From contig OZ241867.1 in assembly GCA_965203175.1 (NCBI GenBank), forward strand, positions 4,480,001 to 4,544,000: DNA of 64,000 bases, in the 5' to 3' direction. This document shows positions 26,685-36,653 of the stretch, piece by piece; within the stretch, counting starts at the first letter, position 1, and each line of letters starts with the position of its first letter. Below the pieces are notes generated by a model. That model did no database searches, was not told the origin of the DNA, and saw only the letters and a list, made by a program, of their open reading frames with translations. This DNA comes from Candidatus Latescibacterota bacterium. Its GTDB lineage: Bacteria > Latescibacterota > UBA2968 > UBA8231. Position numbers and translations under genes: made by a program.

Positions 26685-26951
26685 CTAACGGCGCAACCCA
26701 AGCTCGCGGATCAACGCCGCATACGCCTGCGGGTTTTTCTTTAGGTAGTAGCTTTGTAATCGCCTCCTTTTGCCTATGAGTACGAGTAATCCCCGCCGCG
26801 TGGCAAAGTCCTTTTCCTGGTCTTTGAGATGTTCGGTCAGGTTCTCGATGCGCTCGGTGAGAATGGCAATCTGTACCGGGGTGGCCCCAGGGCCGCCTTC
26901 TTGGCCAAATTTCTCGATCAGTTCTTTCTTGCGCTCAGTTGTTATTGACAC
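26685..26951 (-). CDS. rpsO: 30S ribosomal protein S15
   Basis: VQIAILTERI, LTEHLK, RRGLL, LGLRR; GTG 26951 downstream of GGAGG. Confidence 0.93.
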   Translation of the reverse strand: MSITTERKKELIEKFGQEGGPGATPVQIAILTERIENLTEHLKDQEKDFATRRGLLVLIGKRRRLQSYYLKKNPQAYAALIRELGLRR

Positions 26952-26953
26952 CT

Positions 26954-27373
26954 TCAACCTCCGTATTTCGCGCCACGCTTTCCGCCTTCAGCACTGGAGA
27001 CGAACAGGGCACGTGCTTGGTGAATGTCTCTGCGGATCTGCCCTACCAGCTCATCTGGACAGGCAAATGCGCGTTGTTTTCGCAACTTCTTTATAAGGGC
27101 GACCTGGAGCGTTTGTCCGTAGAGATCGCCAGCAAAATCGAGTATGTGCAACTCGATGACTAGGGCTGCTTCGGCGAATGTGGGCCGAGGGCCGATGTTG
27201 GCCACAGCCTGCAAAACCCCACTTCCGGGGTATTGCACCTCGGCGGCAAAGACTCCCTGAGGCAAAGACTGATCGCCGTGGGGCAGCAAATTCGCCGTGG
27301 GAAACCCCAAAGTTCTTCCGCGTCCTTGTCCTCTCGTGACGCGACCAGAAAAATGAACGCTAGCCCATTCCAT
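26954..27373 (-). CDS. riboflavin kinase (kinase domain only of RibF)
   Basis: GRGRTLGFPTAN, NIGPRPT, ELHILDF, LYG; no FMN adenylyltransferase domain. Confidence 0.88.
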   Translation of the reverse strand: MEWASVHFSGRVTRGQGRGRTLGFPTANLLPHGDQSLPQGVFAAEVQYPGSGVLQAVANIGPRPTFAEAALVIELHILDFAGDLYGQTLQVALIKKLRKQRAFACPDELVGQIRRDIHQARALFVSSAEGGKRGAKYGG

Positions 27374-28270
27374 CTAGGGTTGGCGCAAAACGCACAGGGG
27401 CCGCAGCGCCCCCTGCTCCCACCGCGCGAGGCCAAACAAGGTTTCTGCGTCGTCAAAAACCGCGCAGACCTCGCGCGGCCCTGCACCAGCCGGATGCTCG
27501 ATCGCTTTTCCATGGGCGAAATCGACCAGCTTGCCCTCGTTCAGCTCGACGGTGGTTAGCTCACTCAGCGCTAGCCGCGGATGGACGAGGGCTTTTTCAA
27601 TTTGTCCCACTCTACTGAGGCTTGCTACTTGCTCCAACGTCAGAGCTTTGTCCAGCCCAAGACCACCGGCGCGCAGCCGGCGCAACTCAGCCAAATAGGC
27701 ACCGCACCCCAGGGTACGCCCCAAATCAGCGGCTAATGAACGAATGTACGTTCCCGCAGAGCAATGGATTCTCACACCTAGTCTGGGAAAATCGTAGCTG
27801 AACATCTCCATTGCGTGGATGTGAACTCGGCGGGATTTGAGGACGACCTCATCCCCGCGACGCGCCCGCTTGTACGAGCGCACCCCAGCTACCTTTACCG
27901 CTGAATGCGCCGGCGGCACTTGGTCTATGACACCCGTAAAATCGCGCAGGGCTTGGACCACGCTGAGCTTATCGGGAGACTCGCAGTCCGCTTGGTGCCG
28001 AATCGGGCCTTCAGCATCGCCCGTAGCACTTACAGCTCCCAGATAAATCTCGGCCTCGTATTCCTTATCCGCACCGCTGAGCCACCGGTTGAGACGGGTA
28101 TAGCGTCCCAAGCAAACGACCAAGACGCCGCTGGCCAAAGGGTCAAGCGTACCGCAGTGACCAATGCGCTGCAACTGCAATAGGCGCCGGAGAGAGACGA
28201 TTACGTCGTGGGAAGTGGGGCCTTTGGCTTTGTCGATGACCAAAACCCCGCTCAAGGACGGATCAGCCAT
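27374..28270 (-). CDS. truB: tRNA pseudouridine(55) synthase TruB
   Basis: DKAKGPTSHDV, GHCGTLDPLASG, CSAGTYIRSL; start 28270 or 28282. Confidence 0.95.
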   Translation of the reverse strand: MADPSLSGVLVIDKAKGPTSHDVIVSLRRLLQLQRIGHCGTLDPLASGVLVVCLGRYTRLNRWLSGADKEYEAEIYLGAVSATGDAEGPIRHQADCESPDKLSVVQALRDFTGVIDQVPPAHSAVKVAGVRSYKRARRGDEVVLKSRRVHIHAMEMFSYDFPRLGVRIHCSAGTYIRSLAADLGRTLGCGAYLAELRRLRAGGLGLDKALTLEQVASLSRVGQIEKALVHPRLALSELTTVELNEGKLVDFAHGKAIEHPAGAGPREVCAVFDDAETLFGLARWEQGALRPLCVLRQP

Positions 28271-28616
28271 GCTGCGCTCCACCGAGACTATCGATCAGGG
28301 CTGTGACGCGCGCGGCGCGCTCGGTGGTATCGTCGTATGCAACCCGCAACTGAGGTGCGTAACGCAAGCGCATGCGCCGGGCGATTTCTCGACGTATAAA
28401 ACCCAAGCCCCGGTGCATTCCTTGGAGTACCTGCTCTTTGTCGTCTGCGTTACCGAGCGTGCTGACAAAGATCGTGGCATAGCTCATGTCGGCGGAGAGT
28501 TCCACATCCACTACTTGGACTAGTTGCAGCCTCGGATCCTTCATCCGCCCTAGGATGTCGGTCAACTCGCGCAGCAACTGTCCGCGCACTCGGCTAATTC
28601 GTTGTGGGGAGGCCAC
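28263..28616 (-). CDS. rbfA: ribosome-binding factor A
   Basis: KDPRL, LSADMSYA, MRLRYAPQL; synteny with infB/truB. Confidence 0.93.
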   Translation of the reverse strand: MASPQRISRVRGQLLRELTDILGRMKDPRLQLVQVVDVELSADMSYATIFVSTLGNADDKEQVLQGMHRGLGFIRREIARRMRLRYAPQLRVAYDDTTERAARVTALIDSLGGAQHG

Positions 28617-28622
28617 CTGCGT

Positions 28623-28904
28623 TTAGTGTACTTCCATTTGATAGTCGAGAATATGCACCCGGGGATCGCCTTCGACGAAGTTGACGATTTTAGTCAGCAT
28701 CTCGTCGCAGTGTTCAACGGCCGAACTCACCACGGCAACCCCCAGCACCGCCCGCTGCCAAAGCGCATGGTCATCTACTTCGGCCACAGCCGCGTTAAAG
28801 CGGTTGCGGATGCGCCCCTTAAGGCTATTGAGGACTTGCCGCTTGTCTTTGAGCGAATGGCTATCACCGATATAGATTTGCACCGCACAGCTCATAACGA
28901 TCAA
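28623..28904 (-). CDS. DUF503 (YlxP-like) protein
   Basis: HSLKDKR, FNAAVAEV, LWQRAVLG; between infB and rbfA. Confidence 0.88.
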   Translation of the reverse strand: MIVMSCAVQIYIGDSHSLKDKRQVLNSLKGRIRNRFNAAVAEVDDHALWQRAVLGVAVVSSAVEHCDEMLTKIVNFVEGDPRVHILDYQMEVH

Positions 28905-28920
28905 AACAAATCAACCGCCT

Positions 28921-31278
28921 CTATAGCGTCCGCTCAGTCTCCACCACGACTAGGGACTCGACGATGTCGCCTGCTGCGATGTCGTCGAACCCTGCAAATC
29001 CCATGCCGCACTCAAAGCCCTCAGAGACCTCTCGCACATCGTCCTTGAACCGCCGCAACGAAGTAAGCTCCCCGGTAAAGACGACTTGGCCATCGCGCAA
29101 AATCCGCACCTGATTGCTGCGCGCAATGGTGCCGTCTTGCACCAAACAACCGCCGATCGTCCCCATGCGGGACGAAGTAAAGATTTGGCGGATTTCGGCC
29201 CGGCCAACCACCTGTTCTTCGGTCGTTGGGGCCAAAAGACCAGCCAAGGCAGCCCGCACGTCCTCGATGACTTCGTAGATGATCCGGTAATTGCGAATTT
29301 CTACGCCCTCCTGTGCGGCGAGATCGCGGGCAGAGGGTTGAGTATTTACATGGAAACCAAGCAGAATGGCACTAGAGGCCGCCGCCAGCAGTACGTCCGA
29401 TTCCGAGATGGCCCCTACCGCGCTGTGAATGACGTTAACCCGCACTTCTTCGTGGGTTATGCGACCCAGCTCTTCGGCTATGGCCTCGACCGATCCATCA
29501 ACATCGCCTTTGACCACCACCCGCAGTTCTTGGATGTGGCCCTGCTGGATCTGATCGTGCAGATCGCTGAGCGTGACCGTACGCAGCTTGCGGTGATCCT
29601 GCTCGCGCTTGATCAGCTGCCGCCGCTGGCTCAGATCCTTGGCCTCGCGCTCAGAATTGGCAACAGCAAAGAAGTCTCCAGCCTGCGGGACTCCGGGCAA
29701 TCCGAGCACTTGGACAGGTACAGAGGGCTTTGCTTCTTGGGCGCGTTGACCATGCTCGTCGAGAAGGGCGCGAACCCTGCCACTATGTACTCCGGTAATA
29801 AAAGGCTCTCCGACGCGCAGCGTTCCCTCTTGCACCAAAACCGTAGCTACGGGGCCCCGCCCCTTATCGAGGTGAGCTTCGACGATCGTTCCACGGGCTT
29901 TCTTGTGGGGATTGGCCTGCAGTTCAAGCAATTCGGCCACGATGAGGAGAACTTCCAGTAAGTGGTCTATGCCCTGTCCGGTCTTAGCGGAGATTTCGGC
30001 ACAGGGGATCTGTCCTCCCCACTCTTCAACTAAGACCCCTCTTTCGGCCAGCTCCCGCTTGATCTTGTCCGGGTCGGCCGTAGGCAAGTCTATTTTGTTA
30101 ATCGCGACGACTAAGGGGACCTGCGCGGCCCTAGCGTGGTCAATCGCTTCAATGGTTTGCGGCATGACGCTATCGTCGGCCGCGACAACTAGGATCACGA
30201 TGTCAGTTACTCTCGAACCGCGAGCGCGCATCGCCGTAAAAGCCGCATGCCCTGGGGTGTCGAGGAATGTTACACCGCGACCGTCGTCCATTTTGATTAC
30301 GTACGCCCCGATGTGCTGGGTAATGCCTCCAGACTCGCCTTCGGCCACCTTGCTTTCGCGCAAGTAGTCGAGCAACGAGGTTTTGCCGTGATCGACGTGG
30401 CCCATGACCGTAATGACCGGCGGACGTGGCTCGGGATCACCGATTTCTTCCTCCTCGACGATCTCATCCAACTCGACTTCTTCGGCCTCTAGCGGGACCA
30501 CCTCGAAGCCCAACTCGTCAGCTAGTGTCTGCATAGTGTCCATATCGAGGCGTTGATTGATAGTTGCCATGGTACCCAACTGCAAACACAGGGCGATCAC
30601 TTCACTACCCTTGACACCGAGTTGTTCGGCAAATTCGCCGAGCGTGATAAATTCGCTGACCTTGATCTGGCGGATCTGACCGTCTTCTCCGTCTCCATCT
30701 TCGCGCGGACCCCGCTCGTAGCGGCGGCGTACCCGGCCTTCATTGAGTTGACTCAAGGTCCGCCGCACGCTTTCTTGGACCTCCTTGGCGTCAGGCACCC
30801 CTTTGCGCCGCTTCCCCCGCCGGCGCTTTGTAGGCGCTCCAGACAAATTAGCCTGAGCGGTTACTTCCCGCTTTTCTCCCAATTCCTCGCGGATACTTTC
30901 CAAGCCTTCTTGGCTCTTGCCTCGGCGGCGGCCGCGACGACGACCTCCTTCAGCCTTGTCGGGCAGTGGCGCAGTACGCTCCTCGGCTAGCTGCTCAACA
31001 CTCTGTTTGCGAGTCTCCGGCCCCTTTTCGCGACGGCGCTGGGGCCGGGAGCCATCGGCCTGTTTGCGACTATCCTCTTTGGCTTTCTGCCGCTTTACCT
31101 CTTCTATCGAACTCTTCTTCTCTTCAGCCAGCTTGCGGTTGATGGCCTCCAGCATCTCGGGTGTAACTACGCTCATGTGGCTTTTTACTTCCATATCCAT
31201 TCCTTTGAGCATGGATATGAGCGCATCGCTGGACAGCTTCTGTTCTTTAGCTACTTGATAAACTCGGCGCTTTTCCAA
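28921..31278 (-). CDS. infB: translation initiation factor IF-2
   Basis: MGHVDHGKT, GGITQHIG, DTPGH, NKID, ECG. Confidence 0.97.
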   Translation of the reverse strand: MEKRRVYQVAKEQKLSSDALISMLKGMDMEVKSHMSVVTPEMLEAINRKLAEEKKSSIEEVKRQKAKEDSRKQADGSRPQRRREKGPETRKQSVEQLAEERTAPLPDKAEGGRRRGRRRGKSQEGLESIREELGEKREVTAQANLSGAPTKRRRGKRRKGVPDAKEVQESVRRTLSQLNEGRVRRRYERGPREDGDGEDGQIRQIKVSEFITLGEFAEQLGVKGSEVIALCLQLGTMATINQRLDMDTMQTLADELGFEVVPLEAEEVELDEIVEEEEIGDPEPRPPVITVMGHVDHGKTSLLDYLRESKVAEGESGGITQHIGAYVIKMDDGRGVTFLDTPGHAAFTAMRARGSRVTDIVILVVAADDSVMPQTIEAIDHARAAQVPLVVAINKIDLPTADPDKIKRELAERGVLVEEWGGQIPCAEISAKTGQGIDHLLEVLLIVAELLELQANPHKKARGTIVEAHLDKGRGPVATVLVQEGTLRVGEPFITGVHSGRVRALLDEHGQRAQEAKPSVPVQVLGLPGVPQAGDFFAVANSEREAKDLSQRRQLIKREQDHRKLRTVTLSDLHDQIQQGHIQELRVVVKGDVDGSVEAIAEELGRITHEEVRVNVIHSAVGAISESDVLLAAASSAILLGFHVNTQPSARDLAAQEGVEIRNYRIIYEVIEDVRAALAGLLAPTTEEQVVGRAEIRQIFTSSRMGTIGGCLVQDGTIARSNQVRILRDGQVVFTGELTSLRRFKDDVREVSEGFECGMGFAGFDDIAAGDIVESLVVVETERTL

Positions 31279-31292
31279 AACTATTCCCTCAG

Positions 31293-32675
31293 CTACTTGG
31301 CCCTCTGGTCTGCCTCATCTTCTCCATCCGTGCCCGCAACAGGCAGGGCAAACACCTCTTTCCCTTCTTGCTCAGCCACCTCTTCCCTTTCGGCAGCGAC
31401 CAAAGCCTCGATATCCACCTCGCCGTGTTCGGCAAGATACGCTGCCGCTGCTGCCTTTACTGCGTGGGCAGTTTCGGCCATTTCTAGGCCCGGTACGGTC
31501 TGTAATAGCTCCGGGTCGGCTTCGGCGACCGAGGCAATGGAGTCGAAACCGGACGTAGTCAAGCTCAGGGCAATCAGCTCGCTAATGCCATCTATCTGGC
31601 GGAATACTTGCTGGTACTTCTCCTGCTTGGCCCGGCGCTCTTGGTATTGTTCATCAGTGATGATATCGAGCCCCCAACCCGTGAGTTGACTGGCTAGTTT
31701 TGTATTTTGACCGCCTTTGCCAATGGCCAGCGATAGCTGTTCCTCTTCGACAATCACGATGGCGTGCCGGCGGCGCGAATCCGTGATGCAGCGCACCACA
31801 GTAGCCGGACTTAGTGCCCGGCTTATGAATATATCCGGCTCGTCGATCCAAGGAACGATATCTATGCGCTCACCGCTCAATTCCCTAACGATGGCTTGGA
31901 CCCGCGATCCCTTCACCCCCACACAGGCCCCCACCGGATCGACTCGTTCATCGCTGCTGCTAACCGCGATCTTTGCTCGCTCGCCTGGCTCGCGGGCCAC
32001 GCCGTGAATCTCGACGATGCCCTCGGCTATCTCCGGTACTTCTGTGGCAAAGAGCTTCCTGAGAAATTCGGGCCGCGTGCGGGAGAGCAAGACCTGAGGC
32101 CCCCGGCTCGACTTAAGCACTTCATATATATAGCCTCGCACGGCATCACCTTGGCGATAGCGTTCGCGGCGGATTTGCTCTTTGTATGGAACGGCCGCCT
32201 CGGCCCGGCCGAGATTGAGGACGATGTCTCCGTGGCTAATCTGCTGTACGGTACCGGATTCGACGAGGCCGACCCGGCCGATAAATTCGTCGTATATTCG
32301 CTCTCGCTCGGCTTCGCGGACCCGCTGAATGAGAATTTGCTTTGCAGTCTGTATGGCGTTGCGGCCAAAGTCGGCGAAATTGAGTTGCTGCACTAGCACA
32401 GAGCCTAGTTGGACATGGGGGTCGATGTCGCGGGCGTCGGCGAGGAGAATCTCCATGGACGGCTCAACCACTTCTTCGACGACAGTCTTGCGGGCATACA
32501 CGGCCATCTTGCCTTGAGCCGCATCGATGTCAACTTCGTAATTTTCGGTATTGCCGTAGTGCCTTTTGGCGGCTGAAATGAGGGCGTCGGCGAGGGTCTG
32601 CACCACTAATTCCCGGTCGACGTTTTTTTCGCGGGCAATCTGCCCCAAGGCTTCGACAATATTCGCGTTGTTCAT
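31293..32675 (-). CDS. nusA: transcription factor NusA
   Basis: FGRNAIQTAKQ, S1 and KH domains, DPVGACVG, LSLAIGKGGQN. Confidence 0.97.
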   Translation of the reverse strand: MNNANIVEALGQIAREKNVDRELVVQTLADALISAAKRHYGNTENYEVDIDAAQGKMAVYARKTVVEEVVEPSMEILLADARDIDPHVQLGSVLVQQLNFADFGRNAIQTAKQILIQRVREAERERIYDEFIGRVGLVESGTVQQISHGDIVLNLGRAEAAVPYKEQIRRERYRQGDAVRGYIYEVLKSSRGPQVLLSRTRPEFLRKLFATEVPEIAEGIVEIHGVAREPGERAKIAVSSSDERVDPVGACVGVKGSRVQAIVRELSGERIDIVPWIDEPDIFISRALSPATVVRCITDSRRRHAIVIVEEEQLSLAIGKGGQNTKLASQLTGWGLDIITDEQYQERRAKQEKYQQVFRQIDGISELIALSLTTSGFDSIASVAEADPELLQTVPGLEMAETAHAVKAAAAAYLAEHGEVDIEALVAAEREEVAEQEGKEVFALPVAGTDGEDEADQRAK

Positions 32676-32699
32676 ATTTTTACTCGACCTTCACTCAAG

Positions 32700-33152
32700 T
32701 TACAATTCTGGTTCGATGTTGGCTTTAGCAATATCAGTCCGCGCTACGGAGTCGGCTGGGCTGTCGAGCTGGATTTGATCGTCTTCCCAAGAGACTAGTC
32801 GGCCTTTGACAACCCGACCGGAGGTGAGCACGACTTTCAGCAAACGACCACAGGCACGAGTGAAATCCCCATCGGTCTCTAGGGGCCGGTCTAATCCCGG
32901 CGAGGTAACTTCAAGCCGATACCGTCCAGCAATGGGATCTTCTATGTCGAAAAGATCGGCCACTTCGCGACTGATTGCCTCGCAGGTGGCCAGCGTTATG
33001 CCGCAATTTTTGTGAACCAATAACCTGACTAGCTGATTTCCTCGGACGCCGCTGAGTTCGATATCGACGAGTTCGGCCTCGTGCTCGTAGACAATGGGTT
33101 TGACAAGAGCTACTAGATCGGCTTTTAATGCAAATTTATCTACGGCGGAAAT
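32700..33152 (-). CDS. rimP: ribosome maturation factor RimP (probable ATT start)
   Basis: YRLEVTSPGLDRPL; homology extends 44 codons upstream of 33020 (VKPIV...ELVDIE...VRLLV); ATT at 33152 after AAGGGGG; in-frame TAG at 33185-33183. Confidence 0.88.
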   Translation of the reverse strand: MSAVDKFALKADLVALVKPIVYEHEAELVDIELSGVRGNQLVRLLVHKNCGITLATCEAISREVADLFDIEDPIAGRYRLEVTSPGLDRPLETDGDFTRACGRLLKVVLTSGRVVKGRLVSWEDDQIQLDSPADSVARTDIAKANIEPEL

Positions 33153-33171
33153 ACGCGCTTTCCCCCTTAAT

Positions 33172-33197
33172 AAAAAAGCGGGCTATGACGCCCGCCC
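33172..33197 (-). terminator. rimP leader attenuator-like hairpin
   Basis: Minus strand GGCGGGC-GTCATA-GCCCGCT followed by TTTTT, just before the rimP SD. Confidence 0.7.
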
Positions 33198-33270
33198 AAC
33201 TTGGGTTATAAAATATAGGATTATATTGATTTAGGCAAGACGACTTAACAGCCTTGGCCAAATGCCAACG

Positions 33271-33693
33271 TTAGAGGAGGCGCAAAATCTCGCGCAGTTC
33301 CTTTTTGGTCTCTTCGATCATTCTAAGTGCGGCCTCCCGGTCCTGTGCGGATTCGGGATCAGTGCGCTCCTCTGTTGAGTCAGGACTGCGCTGTTGTTCA
33401 GCTAGCAAAGCAGGTATTTGCTCTCCGACTTGGCGCAAGAGCTCGGGTTCATCTTTGAGCTTCTTCTTTACGCCCTGCGTCGTGTAGCGTTCCTCGTAGA
33501 GGAGGCTTTTGAGCAATAAGATGATCCCTATATCGCGCTCCCTATAGGCCCTGTTTTTACCACCGCGCGCACGGCGCGGCCGCAAACAGGAGAACTCCTT
33601 CTCCCATGCCCTGAGCGTATAGGGTTGTAGCTGTGTGAGTTCTGCGACTTCGCTGATGCTGTAATACAGCTTGTTTTGCAATGGATTCTTCAC
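33271..33693 (-). CDS. MerR-family HTH regulator
   Basis: KLYYSISEVA, TLRAWEKEF, NRAYRERDI, LLYEERYT. Confidence 0.88.
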   Translation of the reverse strand: MKNPLQNKLYYSISEVAELTQLQPYTLRAWEKEFSCLRPRRARGGKNRAYRERDIGIILLLKSLLYEERYTTQGVKKKLKDEPELLRQVGEQIPALLAEQQRSPDSTEERTDPESAQDREAALRMIEETKKELREILRLL

Positions 33694-35045
33694 GATCGCA
33701 CTTCCCTGTATCCTTTGCGCCGACGCCAGACGATGCGCAAGGGCGTCCCTTCGAAATCAAATTCCGACCTCAGGCGATTTTCGATGTGGCGTCGATAATT
33801 CCCCGGCACGGAGCGGGGCAGATTCGTAAAGATTGTAAACGCTGGCGGGTTAACCGCGTGTTGGGTGGCGTAGAGCAGGCGAATGTCGCGGCCCTCTTGA
33901 GTCGCCAGATACTCGCCAGATAGCTGTTGAATGATCTTGTTCAAGCGCGCGGTGGGAATCCGCGTCCGGCGCTTATTGCCCACTGCGGCCACCACTTCGA
34001 GACATTTGTGAAGCCGCCGACCGGTCAAGCCCGATATGCACAGCACCGGATAGTCGCGCAAAAAGGGATAGCGGTCGCGCAACTCGCGGCAGTACTCATC
34101 CGCAGTGCCCTCGGTGACTAAATCCCATTTATTGATCGCCACTACCAAGCCGCATCCAGACTTTATCACTTGCTCCATGATGCGAGCGTCCTGCATGACC
34201 CACCCCTCGGTACCGTCTAGAAGCACGACCGCCACATCGGCTCGGTCAATGCTGTTAGCCGCTCGGCGCGTACTGTAGAATTCCACTGGATCATCGACCT
34301 TAGATCGCCTCCGCAAACCGGCAGTATCCACGAACAACAGATGGCTATCCTGCCAAATCAAGCGCAGTTGCGTTGGATCCCGGGTCGTACCAGGCCGATC
34401 GTGGACAATGGAAACCTGATGGCCTGCGAGGCGGTTGATCAGCGTGGATTTGCCCACGTTGGGCCGCCCGACCAAAGCGACCCGAATCGCTTCTTCATCC
34501 CATTCCGACCCATAAGCTTCAGCCTCGTCGAAGAGCGCAATGAGTGCGTCGAGCAAGGCACCGGAACGCCGCCCGGTAACGGCAGAAACCGGCAGGGGAT
34601 CCCCCAAGCCGAGTCGGTAGAATTCGTCGAGCGGCGCAGCCGGCCCCACCCCATCAACCTTGTTGACGGCCAGCAAGCACTTCCCGCCCCCGCGGCGCAG
34701 CATAGCCCCCATCTCTTGGTCCAGATCGGTCAAACCCGTGGTCCCATCGCAAAGTAAAATAGCTATGTCCGCTTCTGCCAATGCATTTGCCGCTTGGGAG
34801 CGCACAGCCGAGGATAGCGCGTCTTTGGCATTGGGCATGTAGCCTCCCGTATCGACCAAAGTAAAGGAGCGACCTCCCCACTCAGCCGCGGCGAATATCT
34901 GATCGCGAGTGACCCCGGGCTGGCCATCGGTTATGGCCCACCGAGTCCCCAAGATGCGGTTGAACAGGGTCGATTTGCCCACGTTGGGCCGCCCGACAAT
35001 CGCCACGATGGGACGGCGATGATTCTCGACGGTTTGGGTGCTCAT
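33690..35045 (-). CDS. der: ribosome biogenesis GTPase Der
   Basis: Two GRPNVGKST domains, GVTRD/GTTRD, FEGTP; ATGA overlap with upstream gene. Confidence 0.96.
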   Translation of the reverse strand: MSTQTVENHRRPIVAIVGRPNVGKSTLFNRILGTRWAITDGQPGVTRDQIFAAAEWGGRSFTLVDTGGYMPNAKDALSSAVRSQAANALAEADIAILLCDGTTGLTDLDQEMGAMLRRGGGKCLLAVNKVDGVGPAAPLDEFYRLGLGDPLPVSAVTGRRSGALLDALIALFDEAEAYGSEWDEEAIRVALVGRPNVGKSTLINRLAGHQVSIVHDRPGTTRDPTQLRLIWQDSHLLFVDTAGLRRRSKVDDPVEFYSTRRAANSIDRADVAVVLLDGTEGWVMQDARIMEQVIKSGCGLVVAINKWDLVTEGTADEYCRELRDRYPFLRDYPVLCISGLTGRRLHKCLEVVAAVGNKRRTRIPTARLNKIIQQLSGEYLATQEGRDIRLLYATQHAVNPPAFTIFTNLPRSVPGNYRRHIENRLRSEFDFEGTPLRIVWRRRKGYREVRS

Positions 35046-36400
35046 TTTTCGCGCCCTATGTAGTAACCCAATTCGGTTAGCTGCCGCCCTTCTCCCAGCA
35101 CTTTTAGGCTCCGATCGACCCAAAAGTGCTCAAGTGATTCAACCAAGTCGTATCCTCCTACTGCAAGGGGGATGCCTACCTCTGCCGCAAGTTGGGGCAC
35201 GGTCATGTCGTCCAACGTCAAGCCCTCGCCATTGATGCAATTGGGCGGCAGCAAGACCAAATCTCGCTCGATTCCATCGCGCGCACGCGCCGCCATATCG
35301 CGGCCGGTCAGCAGTCCCGACACGGTGATACCATGACCGAAAAAGTCATTATCGACCGGTAGGAGATCAATTTGGACGTTCTCGATGGCATTCAGCCTAG
35401 TCACTAAGGGCGCGAGGATTCGCTCGGCCAAGCGCCCGGTCAGCAGGCCGATCCGCACGGCCTTGTCAGTGCGCGCCGGCAGCCTCTTGCTCGCTTCGTC
35501 CCAAATGTCGAGGAAGGAGCGCACCATGCCGATGCCGTTTTCTAGTTGGGGAAACGCATCGTAATACGACGCTACTGGCAGGGGCCGGCCCGTCAGCAGA
35601 AAGATCTCATCCGCCGCATAGACGAATCGTTCGCCAAAGCGCGCTTTGAATTGCAAGCCCCACGCTTCGGCTGCATCTGCGTACTCCGTGGCCTTGGCTG
35701 GGGTCACAGGGTCGAGCTGGACGAGCTTATCCCGATGATCGGTCAGCCCCACCGGCACGAGCGCCACCGAGCGCACCGCGGGATAGTACTCAGACAGATC
35801 GGCCACTGTGCGTTCCAGATGCGGCCCATCGTTCCAGCCCGGGCAGACTACGACTTGGGTGTGCATTTCAATGCCGTTGTCCGCTAGTTTGCGCAAGCGC
35901 TCGTTGATATCAACAGTCGCTTTGGTGCGCCCGAGCATGATTTGTCTCAGGTCGGGGTCGGTAGCGTGGACGGAGATGTATTGCGGCGTTAGCCCTTGTT
36001 CAATGATGCGGTCGATATCGCTTTCGCGAACATTGGTCAGAGTCACATACGAGCCGTGGAGAAAGGAGAGGCGAAAATCGTCGTCCTCAAAATACAGGCT
36101 GCGCCGCATGCCCTTGGGCATTTGGTGGATAAAGCAGAAGACGCATTTGTTGTTGCAGCTGCGCAAACGCATGTCTTCGAAGACCAGCCCTAAGGACTCG
36201 CCGCTTCGGCGCTCGATCTCGGCTTCGTACAGGTCTTCGCCGCGTTCGATTTCTACGCAGATTACTTCCTCGGCACTGTTGACCTGAACGTCGATCAAAT
36301 CGCGCACTTCTTCGCCATTGATGCGCAAAATGCGATCGCCAATGAGAAAACCCGCACGCGCGCCGAGACTATCGGGCTCAATTTGTTTTACAACGACCAT
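35042..36400 (-). CDS. PDZ + radical SAM DUF512 protein
   Basis: CNNKCVFC, DDDFRLSF, ISVHAT, QLENGIG. Confidence 0.9.
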   Translation of the reverse strand: MVVVKQIEPDSLGARAGFLIGDRILRINGEEVRDLIDVQVNSAEEVICVEIERGEDLYEAEIERRSGESLGLVFEDMRLRSCNNKCVFCFIHQMPKGMRRSLYFEDDDFRLSFLHGSYVTLTNVRESDIDRIIEQGLTPQYISVHATDPDLRQIMLGRTKATVDINERLRKLADNGIEMHTQVVVCPGWNDGPHLERTVADLSEYYPAVRSVALVPVGLTDHRDKLVQLDPVTPAKATEYADAAEAWGLQFKARFGERFVYAADEIFLLTGRPLPVASYYDAFPQLENGIGMVRSFLDIWDEASKRLPARTDKAVRIGLLTGRLAERILAPLVTRLNAIENVQIDLLPVDNDFFGHGITVSGLLTGRDMAARARDGIERDLVLLPPNCINGEGLTLDDMTVPQLAAEVGIPLAVGGYDLVESLEHFWVDRSLKVLGEGRQLTELGYYIGREK

Positions 36401-36502
36401 AGTGAATTAAGCAATTAATCTACGTATCATAGTGTGGGGCAAGATGTTCTATCGATAAAGGTATATGGATATTACGCCGACGGCAATACCTTAGAAAGAA
36501 AT

Positions 36503-36536
36503 AAAAAATCCGCCCGACCCAGTTGGCCAGGCGGAT
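36503..36536 (-). terminator. intrinsic terminator after tRNA-Gly
   Basis: Minus strand ATCCGCC...GGCGGAT then TTTTT. Confidence 0.7.
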
Positions 36537-36538
36537 AG

Positions 36539-36613
36539 TGGAGCGGGAGACGGGAATCGAACCCGCGACATCAAGCTTGGGAAGCTTGCGTTCTACCCCT
36601 GAACTACTCCCGC
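36539..36613 (-). tRNA. tRNA-Gly(CCC)
   Basis: GCGGGAG...CAAGC-TTCCCAA-GCTTG...GGTTCGATTCC...CTCCCGCTCCA. Confidence 0.96.
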
Positions 36614-36653
36614 TAATTTTGCGGTCCTAAGGTAGGAGAGGCCCCAATCGCTG

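Noticed and set aside
27080-27100. GCCCTTATAA on the minus strand as a possible sixth site
   Set aside because: Inside the riboflavin kinase CDS and the right arm (TGCGAAAAC) does not match
33201-33238. AT-rich TTATAA...TTATAT stretch upstream of rimP
   Set aside because: Spacing does not fit 11-6-11; better explained as the rimP promoter region
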